From: Vicinamibacterales bacterium
Lineage (GTDB): Bacteria > Acidobacteriota > Vicinamibacteria > Vicinamibacterales > UBA8438
Strand: one strand, 5' to 3'
DNA length: 64,000 nt
NCBI GenBank assembly: GCA_963663815.1
Contig: OY760734.1
The position numbers were made by a program, and so were the translations under genes. Below, piece by piece: positions 19,072 to 28,293 of this stretch. Numbering within the stretch: the first letter of the stretch is position 1; each line of letters begins with the position of its first letter. The notes beneath the pieces are model-generated. The model was not told the DNA's origin and did no database searches. It saw nothing but the letters and a program-made list of their open reading frames with translations.

Positions 19072-19305
19072 TCACCCGTGAGGGGAGAGCGGCAGCGACA
19101 GGCGCGCAGGGGAGCTAGAGATTGTTCCGTGCGTGGATGCGGTGATCCCGTGGTTGGAGGAGCGGGGGGCAGAGGGCAGGCAGGGGCGTTTGTTTGAGGA
19201 GGAGGCGAAGGGACTGGAGTCGGATGTGAGAGACGTGAATCGGGCGGCGTCGGCGATGTACCGGGATCAGCTGCTGCGACGATCGCCGGGACGGTTGGTG
19301 AGGTG

Positions 19306-19488
19306 GAGCCGTTCCGCCGCGGGGTCATTTTCGCCGCCGGCGGGAACGTGCGCGGCACCGTGAGCCTCAAGCTGCTCTTGGCCGCCGACGGGCCCGACGA
19401 CAGCCGCGCCCTTCCCCCCAAGGGGACGGATCTTCGCCCACCTCAATCTGGGCACCGCACCAATCGCGACGGTCGCGCTGCCGCCACA
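19306..19488 (+). pseudogene. Degenerate 3' relic of the DUF2272 gene
   Basis: AGGNVRGTVSLKLL versus VGGNVRGAVSLKLL; ATCTTCGCCCACCTCAA and CGCTGCCGCCACA are shared with about 12275-12510. Confidence 0.75.
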
Positions 19489-19592
19489 TGATCAACGACA
19501 ATTATTTTGCCGGTCGCCGAGGTGGCGGGCGGCCGGCCGCGGGGGCACCCGCGGAGCGTGTGACACTGCCCGTTTGGGCGGCGCCCGCCCTC

Positions 19593-19623
19593 TTGAGGGT
19601 GGCCGAGTCGTCGCCGCCGTACG
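19593..19623. repeat. 31-bp exact direct repeat, copy 2
   Basis: Identical to 13123-13153. Confidence 0.9.
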
Positions 19624-19787
19624 GCCGGGGCAGGCCGGGAGGCCTGTCCGATGACCGACCTTGAGCAGGGACAGGCCTGGCCCGCCGCAGAGGAGGAGCA
19701 ACCAAGTTGTGGCGCGGGTCGGTCGAGTGGCGGAGAGCGGAGCCCACCGGGGTGGTTGAGAACCGCTCGCGAAGTACGGAGGTACGC

Positions 19788-20048
19788 ATGCGAGAGCGAC
19801 GCATCGGGATTCAGGAACTCCACGCGAACCTGGGCAGGTGCCTGGACGAGGTCCGGCACGGCACGACTCTTCTCCTGACGGATGGCGAGCATCGGGTGGC
19901 TCGCCTCGTCCCGGAGCCCGACGCCGGGGCCTCGGGGGGCGATCTTCCCATCGCCTGGAGCGGACGCCGGCTGAAGAAGACCAAGCCGAGGGCCCGCCTG
20001 CGCGGCCGGGGCAGCATGGCCGACATCGTCAGGGAGAACCGCCGGTGA
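19788..20048 (+). CDS. Phd/YefM family antitoxin
   Basis: GGAGG RBS; IGIQELHANLGRCLDEVRHGTTLLLTDGEHRVARLVP pattern; GTGA overlap with the toxin. Confidence 0.88.
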   Translation: MRERRIGIQELHANLGRCLDEVRHGTTLLLTDGEHRVARLVPEPDAGASGGDLPIAWSGRRLKKTKPRARLRGRGSMADIVRENRR

Positions 20049-20485
20049 CGCTGCTCTATCTGGACACGAGCGCCCTGTTCAAGCGCTACGTCGAGGAGGC
20101 CGAGTCGGAAGCGCTGCTCGGCCGGATCGAAGACGCCCCGGCGGTTGGAACGGCCTTGGTCACGCGGGTCGAGGTGGCGGCGGCGCTGGCGAAGGCGGTG
20201 CGTGATGATCGCATGCCGTCTGCGGAAGCGCGCCAGGCCGAGAGCGATTTCCTCGACGACTGGACCGACTTCACGAGAATCGGATTGACGGACGATGTGG
20301 CGGCGCGCGCAGGCCGGCTCGCCTGGAAACACGACCTGCGAGGCTACGACGCCGCGCAGTTGGCGGCCGCGCTCGCGTGGCGCGAGGCCACCGAAGACGC
20401 AGAGGACCAGGTCGTGTTCGCCTGCTTCGACAACGATCTGCGCCGGGCAGCTGCGGCGGAAGGCCTCGAGACATGGCCGGCATGA
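20045..20485 (+). CDS. vapC: VapC family PIN-domain toxin
   Basis: YLDTSALFKRYVEE...VEVAAAL...LRGYDAAQLAAAL...FACFDNDL acidic PIN residues. Confidence 0.9.
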   Translation: MTLLYLDTSALFKRYVEEAESEALLGRIEDAPAVGTALVTRVEVAAALAKAVRDDRMPSAEARQAESDFLDDWTDFTRIGLTDDVAARAGRLAWKHDLRGYDAAQLAAALAWREATEDAEDQVVFACFDNDLRRAAAAEGLETWPA

Positions 20486-20639
20486 ACGCTGCCGACGTGT
20501 TGGTGCGGGGGCGGTCGCATGCTGTCTCTACCGCCCCCCCGGCGGGGCCTTGGCCCGGTGCCTGAGCCGCGCCGCCCCCTCGGTCGCTGCCGGCCGTCGT
20601 GGACGTGGCCGTCGTCTGCGGTATCCCGCTTGGCCGACC

Positions 20640-21689
20640 TCAGAACGTGGCGATCGGGTTGATCGGCGACCCGGTGCCGCGCGTGGGCAGCGGCGCCGCG
20701 GTCAGCAGGAACTCGTAGCGGTTCAGCGAGGCGGCCACCTCCCCCACCGCCTCAAGGTCCAGGTTGTCGAACAGCGGCATCCCCAGGTAGATGAGCGCGA
20801 AGCGGTGGAGCGGGCGGGGACCGAGGTCGTCCGCCGCCATCACGGCCGCCTCGGCGTCGGCCGGGGCCATGTCCTGGGCCGCCTCGCCGCCCAGTATCGC
20901 GATATCCCGTTCCCTCAGCCACGGAATCACCGACGCGTGCAGGCCGGCCGCCGCGTTGGCCACGTCCCAGGGCCCGACCTCGGCGCGCCGGGCCCAGCGG
21001 CCGGTGCGGATGACCACCACGTCGCCGGCGGAGACCGTCACCCCCGTCGCCGCCTCCCAGGCCTCGATGTCCTCGATGCGGATCGGCGTGCCGGGCTCCA
21101 GGTACGGCACGTTGCGGAACCGCGCCATGTCGATCAGCACGCCCCGGGTGACGATGCCCGACTTGGCGTTGTGCACGGTGTTCCTGGCGTGGCCGCCGCG
21201 GGCCGCGACCTCGGCGGGATCGGGCCGGTAGTCGTTGTAGGTCACGCCCTCGCCGATGAAGTTGTGGTTCAGGAAGTCGAGGTGGGTGTGGATGAACCCG
21301 TGGTACGCGATTCGGATCTCGTCGGCGGTGATGCCGAGCGGGGTGACCTGATAGGGCCGCGGGCCGTCGACCGTCGCCTCGGTCTCGGCGTCGCGCGCAA
21401 GCGAGACGGAGATGCCCTCGCGCACGAGGGCGGCGGCCTGCCTGCGCTTCTCAGGCGTGATGAGGTTCAGGGTGCCCCGCTCGTCGTCGGCGCCCCACCG
21501 GCCCCAGTTCGTCAGCTCCTGCTTCCACCGCTCGACGTCCGTCTGCGTGACCTGCTGTCCGCCGGCGGCTGGCGCCGAGCCCGGCTGGAAGCCCGGGGAG
21601 CGGACGGTCTGCCCGAACAACGGCACCGCGACGACGCACGCCAGCGCGACGACGCCGGCCAGACTCGATTGTCTCTTCGCTGTCCCCAT
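20640..21689 (-). CDS. Secreted cyclase family (kynurenine formamidase-like) metal-dependent hydrolase
   Basis: NWGRWGADDERGTLNLIT, HTHLD, GIVTRGVLID, GDVVVIRTG and GTGSPINPIA motifs; signal peptide. Confidence 0.92.
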   Translation of the reverse strand: MGTAKRQSSLAGVVALACVVAVPLFGQTVRSPGFQPGSAPAAGGQQVTQTDVERWKQELTNWGRWGADDERGTLNLITPEKRRQAAALVREGISVSLARDAETEATVDGPRPYQVTPLGITADEIRIAYHGFIHTHLDFLNHNFIGEGVTYNDYRPDPAEVAARGGHARNTVHNAKSGIVTRGVLIDMARFRNVPYLEPGTPIRIEDIEAWEAATGVTVSAGDVVVIRTGRWARRAEVGPWDVANAAAGLHASVIPWLRERDIAILGGEAAQDMAPADAEAAVMAADDLGPRPLHRFALIYLGMPLFDNLDLEAVGEVAASLNRYEFLLTAAPLPTRGTGSPINPIATF

Positions 21690-22123
21690 CGAACCCTCCC
21701 TGGCTCCGCCCCGTGGTCGCTGCCCGCTCCGCCCCGGCGCCCAGATGTTCCCCGTCCGACCCCGCTATTAGGCCGTTCACGGTCCCGCTCTCCCCGCTCC
21801 GCCGAGCACCGGCCCGATGATAGCCCACCCGGCGTCTGCAGGTCTCGGGGTGGACCGCGCGCACCGCCTCCGCGCCAAGCCGCAGTTCCGTCCGTCGGCG
21901 AGCGGTTGAATGTGCGTTCTTGGCACAACACGTATACTGTATGCTCTTTGGCCTTTTCTGGTACACAGGGAGACCGTATCCGTGATGTTCTCCGTCCGCG
22001 ACAGCCCGAAGCCCCTCGTCATGACAGCGACTTCGCCGTATTGGGCGCCGTCACGCAGTCTGAGCGAAGACCGCCGAAGCTGCCCCATTGGCGAACTGCG
22101 AGCAACAGGAGGAGCAAGCCACC

Positions 22124-22390
22124 ATGACAACGGCTGATGACATACGGCGGTACACCATCGAGCACTACATAGCCCCGGCCCGCGCCGCCGGTCACCAGGA
22201 AGTTAGCATTCGATTGGGCGATATACGTCGGAATATGGGACTCATGAACCCACTTCAGTCGGTACGCAGCGCGCTCGGCACCAAACTCCTTCAAGATGAA
22301 GCGGGTGTTGAGCCTCTTGCGCCCATTCATCCGCGCGCGGGTGCGGACACGTACTGCCGTTTTCGTATCCGGCCCCTTCCCCCACAGTAG
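22124..22390 (+). CDS. Small hypothetical protein (possible nucleic-acid-binding domain)
   Basis: GGAGG RBS, 88 codons, ADDIRRYTIEHYIAPARAAG..VSIRLGDI pattern. Family not assignable with certainty. Confidence 0.6.
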   Translation: MTTADDIRRYTIEHYIAPARAAGHQEVSIRLGDIRRNMGLMNPLQSVRSALGTKLLQDEAGVEPLAPIHPRAGADTYCRFRIRPLPPQ

Positions 22391-22451
22391 CATGTCGTTA
22401 CGGAGCCACGACGTCCCTAGCTTGCCGACGACACGGTCACACCTCGCTCGT

Positions 22452-22635
22452 AGTCCGGTCGAGATCTCGATCCGAGCGTTGCCCGTGAGGTCGACATAGC
22501 CGACCCCACGAGTGCGAAGCATGGCCCGAGTAGGAGGGGAAGACAGGCGGCCGCCACAACGCAGACGGCGCGCGGCGACGCGCCGCCCGCGGTCACCGAG
22601 ATCTGCTCGACTGCCCGGAAGACGTCGCGTGCTCG
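22452..22635 (-). pseudogene. Frameshifted internal relic of the AbiEi-like antitoxin gene
   Basis: Homologous to about 14650-14830 (RAVEQIS...RAMLRTRGVGYVDLTGNARIEIS). Confidence 0.8.
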
Positions 22636-22713
22636 CCCGACCCATCCGAAGAGACGCAGACTCCCGATGGTCACCGTCCCCGCGGCGGACCACCGTCCCG
22701 ACCATCCCCCCGG

Positions 22714-23250
22714 GTAATACGTTAGCGTGGTGGGCGTCTGCTACGGTGCGCGGCCTTGCTGGTCGGGTGCGACGGAGGGCGTAGGTGAGCGAAGCAGGCC
22801 CACGATCACGGCATGGGGATTGTGCTGGCGTTGACAGGCGGTACGGATGACGGAGGCGAGTGTCTGCTGGGTGGCCGCGCCGGGCCAGGAGCGATTGCCT
22901 CCGCACACTTTGGGGGTGACGACGGCGGGACGAATGGCCTGTTCGGCGCGCCAGTTGGTAGCGTCGATGGCGGGGTTGCGCAGGAACGTGAACAGCGCTT
23001 TCTATTCCGTGGTCAGATGCTTCGCGAACCACCGCACGTGGTCAGTGGGCCGGCGTGGAGCAGTCGTCGGGCAAGTCGCGCGGCCAGGGCTTGCAGCGCT
23101 TCGCCGACGTCATCACGGGACCGCTCACCGGCGCGGGCGTCGTCCCGCAGGCGAAGGGCCTGCTTCAACAGGGCGTGAATGTCTGCCGCTTTCACGCCGC
23201 GCTTCGAAGCCTGCCGCTCGCGCCGACGCGGCAACCAATTGCCCCCGCGG
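22714..23250 (-). mobile_element. IS66-family transposase 3' remnant with a possible terminal sequence
   Basis: Minus strand gives IHALLKQALRLRD..., then after a frameshift FAKHLTTE*KALFTFL..AIDATNWRAEQAIRPAVV..KVCGGNRS...QQTLASVIRT. Stop at 22741-22743; GTAA-starting end at about 22714. Confidence 0.8.
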
Positions 23251-23317
23251 ATGAGCCTCGATTCGAGGGTTCGCGACCCCCTTGCGCACCCCGACACACC
23301 CGACACGCAGCCGATCA

Positions 23318-25800
23318 CTACCCAGTTCTAACCGCTGTTGAGAATGCGTTCACCAAAGCACCACCATTCAATTCAAACTGCGCAAGCCTCTTGGCGACCT
23401 CCGTCGCGCTCCTCCCAATGTCCGGGTCGACTAGCTGTTGCGCAAGTTCCCGCACGTTCTTCCGCAGTTTTGCCAGATGTGTCTCAGCAATAACTCGCAT
23501 CCCCTCCAGCACGCTAGCGCCCTGACCCAGAGTAGCATCTCTGTGGACAATGACCGGCACCCCGGTGGACGCTGGGTAGCGCGCTCTAAACCATGCCATT
23601 GATTGACCAAGCTGACCAGCATCCCTCTTGGAAATACCGCCGCTAGTGGATGCTACACCGTTCTTGCACTCGATCACTAGGAACGAGCCATTTGATAGCG
23701 CCCAAAGGTTGTCCGGACCCTCCTTGCAGTCCCTTTCCGGCCTCTGGCCCCTAATACCGATGAACCACGCGAGGTCATTGACCGCAGCTTCGAACGTATC
23801 CGACGATTCCATTTTGAATTGCAGATCGCTGCAGAGCTCGTCAGCAAACAGTCTCATCATCGTAGGATCTATAAACCTGCCGCCGTGATTCTCGATCAGC
23901 GCCACCGCTTGCTTCCCTGTCGCCGGAGCAAGTCGCTTGTATGTGGCGCCAAACATCGGTTTGATGACTCCCGATTCCATTTTGTGAGCGGCCACTAGTG
24001 TCCTCTGGGCTCCATCCGCATCCATGGCATGCTGGAAGGCAGCCTTCTTCGAAAGTAGCCACGCCTTGACTTGACCTTCCTCTGTGTCATCGATAGCCTC
24101 GTCCAGGACGGCGACAGCCTCATTGTGCTGATTGGCGCGCGCTCTATCGAAAGCGGCACGAATTGCAATCTTACCAGCGTCAAGTCGCAGCTCATCCTCC
24201 GCTTTCAGGCCGACAAGAGCCTTCTTGCTCACTTTGACCCAGCCAGAATCTCGGCTAATGCACTGCAGAATAACGCTCTTCAGTTCGCCAATAGTCGGCC
24301 TATTCAACTTCTTGGCGATTCTGCGTGACAATCCGAGCTGGGCGGAGGTTGCCGGAGTCAACAGTTTCATCCCCTCCCCTGAGCGCAATCTACCGGTGAG
24401 CTTCGGCCCCAATAGGATAACAACGCAATAGTCGTCGTTAGACCGCACCCCCCGTCCCATTCCTTGTTCTATTCGCTCAAGTTGTCTCTGAAGATTCACG
24501 AATGTACCCGTCAGCACTTGACTGTCAACGAGATCCGCATACGAACTCACTTCTGGCAGGTCCACTATCGCAAGCACACGACAAGCGTCGCCCGGAAGGT
24601 CAATCCCGTCGTAACGGTTTACCAAAACGGTTAATCCCACGTGCCTTTTCGAAGCTCCTCTATGCCATGGGCAACCTCGTCGCCAACAAGCACGTGATTT
24701 GCGCTTTTCGTCCAATCTTTCGCTGCCACCTTCGAGGGCACAATTGCGACGACGTTTACTTCTTCAGCTAGTTCGGTAAGGAGCTTGCGCACCCTCGCCG
24801 TTGTGAGTTCGGAATTCAACTCCTGTGGCATGAGAATCATACGCTCGCCCATGGATTGCGATGACGAAGGCACAATGGGGCCGACAAGGTTGGTCGGATT
24901 GGCACCAAAATGTGTGACAATCACGCTGTCGTCAGCGAGCGTAGCGGTCATGTAAATCCGGCGTTTCGCCCGGCGAAACGGGTGTATGAGATCCGTGGGC
25001 GGAAAGTAGGGTTCGATCTCCAGCCGCTGGCCACCGACGACGCAACGACATTGGCGCAGTATTTCTTTCAGCAGGGGGTAGGTGAATTGAAGCTCGTCGT
25101 CTCCTTGATGTTCATGTAACGCCCGCAGGATCTGAGCGTGGTGAGAAGCCCACGACCAGAACGGGACCTCCATGTGCGCTTGAGGGTCGCCCGCTTCGAC
25201 ATCAAGGAAACGCGCTTCGTTGTATCCTTTCAGGTCTTCAGAGAGAGCCGTGAGTATCTTCCGGTACGCTTCGTGAGTGTTCGGTAACTTGATCCTAAAC
25301 TGCTTGGTGATGGTGGATAGACACGCATGGGCGTCGTCAATAACGACTGTTCCGATGTCGATTCGGGTTGTGCCTACACCAAAAACAGATCTACCATTGA
25401 AGAGTTTGTAGATGTTTACGACACAGATCTTATCGCCGGCCGCATAGTCAGCGTCGTACGGATCGCCAGTTACCTCGATGCCGAGTGCCTTTGCCTCGTC
25501 TATTACTTGCCGGGATAGTTGATTGTCCGGGGAGACGTACAGCGACGGTCCCGTGCGTTCGTTTAGAGAGCTTTGCAGCAACAACAAACCGACGAGCGTC
25601 TTGCCGCTGCCAACATTGAGCTTAATGATATTGTCGGGATTGTTGCGCTCCTCAAACCAGCGGTTCATGACCTCGGTCTGGATATCGCGAGGAAATGAGA
25701 AATCCGGCGTGCGGTTTAGCGTGATGAAGATCTCGCGAGGGTGGAGTGCGAGTTCCTCATCATCGTCAAACATGTCAGAAAAGTCGATCGGCATACTCAT
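23318..25800 (-). pseudogene. SF2 (DinG/XPD-like) helicase plus C-terminal PD-(D/E)xK nuclease, Hna-like anti-phage protein, split by a single-base frameshift
   Basis: ORF 24631-25800 has LNVGSGKT, IDDAH and MTATL. ORF 23318-24715 has VNRYDGIDLP, RQLERIEQGMGRGVRS and GPDNLW...VIECK. The frames join at the T4 run 24646-24649. The region is visibly lower in GC than its flanks. Confidence 0.8.
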
Positions 25801-26282
25801 TTATCCCCAAGATTCGGTGGTGTCTTCGGAATCCATGCGGTGCTCGGGACTTGACAATCGAGGCCGGTGACCGTGCCTGTGCCCATGTGAACGTTGGCCG
25901 CCGACGCCGCGGCTCGCTTTGCGCCTCAAGCATGACAGGAAGGCGGGTGGATGGCAAGATGGCTCCCAAGGCCGGGGGTGCTGCCCAAGATCTACGCAGG
26001 CTTGGGCGGGAAGATCGGCTGAGTTGGAGGCGTAGCCGTGGATGGGTCGCGGGCGACTGGGGCCAGCGGACCGGGGCCGCGGTCGCGATGGGGGCAGAGA
26101 CGCGTTATGGCGGCGCCCTTTGTTCCTCGGGCACGGTGCTTGGTCGCACTTCGGGCGGGCGAGCGGTACTGTCGCGTAGCGGCGACGTCTGGAGGACGAT
26201 GTTCGGAGCGGGCTACGCCAAGGGGGCGGTGGGTGCCGGGTGCCGGCTGGCCCTAGCGATGCCCCCCCGCCTCGGCGACCAC

Positions 26283-27025
26283 GCCGCCGCGTTGGCCACG
26301 TCCCAAGGGCCGACCTCGGCACGCCGGGCCCAGCGGCCGGTGCGGATGACCACCACGTCGCCGGCGGAGACCGTCACCCCCGTCGCCGCCTCCCAGGCCT
26401 CGATGTCCTCGATGCGGATCGGCGTGCCGGGCTCCAGGTACGGCACATTCCGGAACCGCGCCATGTCGATGAGCACGCCCCGGGTGACGATGCCCGACTT
26501 GGCGTTGTGCACGGTGTTCCGGGCGTGGCCGCCGCGGGCCGCGACCTCGGCGGGATCGGGCCGGTAGTCGTTGTAGGTCACGCCCTCGCCGATGAAGTTG
26601 TGGTTCAGGAAGTCGAGGTGGGTGTGGATGAACCCGTGGTACGCGATTCGGATCTCGTCGGCGGTGATGCCGAGCGGGGTGACCTGATAGGGCCGCGGGC
26701 CGTCGACCGTCGCCTCGGTCTCGGCGTCGCGCGCGAGCGAGACGGAGATGCCCTCGCGCACGAGGGCGGCGGCCTGCCGGCGCTTGTCCGGCGTGATGAG
26801 GTTCAGGGTGCCCCGCTCGTCGTCGGCGCCCCACCGGCCCCAGTTCGTCAGCTCCTGCTTCCACCGCTCGACGTCCGTCTGCGTGACCCGCTGTCCGCCG
26901 GCGGCCGGCGTCGAGCCCGGCTGGAAGCGCGGGGAGCGGACGGTCTGCCCGAGCAACGGCACCGCGACGACGCCCGCCAGCGCGACGACGCCAACAAGGC
27001 TCGATCGTCTCCTGGTTGTTCCCAT
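26283..27025 (-). pseudogene. 5' three-quarters of a second cyclase gene copy (matches 20947-21689), truncated
   Basis: Near-identical coding sequence at constant offset 5336. Upstream non-coding homology continues to about 27175. Confidence 0.92.
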
Positions 27026-27175
27026 TGGTCCCCCCTGGTGCCGCTCCGTGGTCGATCGCGGCTCTGCGACCCGGAGCCCGAGACGTCCTCCGCCGATCGG
27101 ATCAGGCCATCGAACGGTTCCCGGTCCCGCGTGCCTCACGCCGCGAGGCACGGCCTGATGATAGTCCCTCCGGTT

Positions 27176-27290
27176 CGCTCAGCGCGTCGGCAGCATCGAC
27201 CAGCGCAGTGCGGGCGCGAACGTACAGCCGGTCAGGACCGCCAGACGTGCTCGTTCCACCCCATCCACGCCAGCATCTCTTCGCCTTGTG
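27176..27290 (-). pseudogene. Relic of the AbiEi-like/NTase gene junction
   Basis: Homologous to about 13896-14012 (GTGCGGGCGCGAACGTACAG..GGTCAGGACCGCCAGAC.TGCTCGTTCC). Confidence 0.8.
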
Positions 27291-27911
27291 CGCCGTACCA
27301 GCCGTCGCAGCGATACTATGTTCTGGACGTGGCGCGCATGGCGGACGCAGACTTGCCAGCGGGCAACCTGGTGTCGGCGCTCATCGGTCTGGAGAAGACG
27401 CGCGACGCGGCGGGCCTGCGCGAGGCGCTGAAGGCGCTGTCCGGCCTGCTGCGGCAGCAGAAGGGACGACGCGTTGACCCAGGCGTTCGTGACGTGGCTG
27501 CACCAGGGGTTGCGGCATGCGGGCCGGCTGCAGGCGGACGGAGAGAACCCCTTGGCGCAGTTACAGGAGACGCAGACGATGCTGGAAGAGACGGTGCGGG
27601 AATGGACGCGGGAATGGCTCGAGCAGGGCCGCGCCCAAGGCATCGAGCAGGGCCACGCCCAAGGCATGGAGAACGGCATCGAGAAGGGGCGCGTCCAGGG
27701 CATCGAGCAGGGCCGCCACGAAGAGCGGGCGTTGCTCTGCCGTCTGGCGGCCCGGAAATTCGATGCCGGGGCCGCCGAGGGGCTGGCCGCCGCCCTGGCC
27801 GGCGTCACCGACCCGGACCGCCTTGCGCGGGTCGGCGACTGGATCATCGAGTGCGCGTCGGCGTCGGACCTGCTGGCCCGCGTCCGCGGCGACAACGGGC
27901 CGGGCGGCTGA
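27290..27911 (+). pseudogene. Rpn-family recombination-promoting nuclease/putative transposase, 5'-truncated and frameshifted
   Basis: YQPSQRYYVLD..NLVSALIGLEK, then a shift at the GGG run 27463-27465, then LTQAFVTWL..MLEETVREWTREWLEQG(RAQGIEQG)..ERALLCRLAARKF..LARVGDWIIEC. Confidence 0.85.
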
Positions 27912-28293
27912 GGCGCCGGTGCGCCAGCGCCTCTCCCGGAGAGCGTTGCGTGGCGGCCGGCGGTGACCGCCAGCTCGGCGGCGCGGACCGGAGCCCCCCC
28001 CGCGCCCGGTGCGGGCTCGCTTTCTGACTCCGGGATGCCAGGCACCGGTCGACAGGCGCGTCCGGCGCGTGGGTGCGGCCCTGCTCGCCGCCGTCCTCAT
28101 CTGCGGCGTGACCGCCCTGACGGCCCTGCACGCGGATGCTCAGGCGCCACCGCCGACCGAACAACCGGCTACGATGTCCTCTACCCTTGCGGTACCCGAA
28201 CCGCCAGGGTCGCCGCAACCCTGAGAGTCCCGGGGCTGAGAGCACGAATCCCGGCGGGAACGCGCCAACGGGAAACGGGCCAGGATCGAGAGC

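Noticed and set aside
28009-28224. Signal-peptide-like short ORF
   Set aside because: No clear RBS or domain. It may be a relic but cannot be supported.
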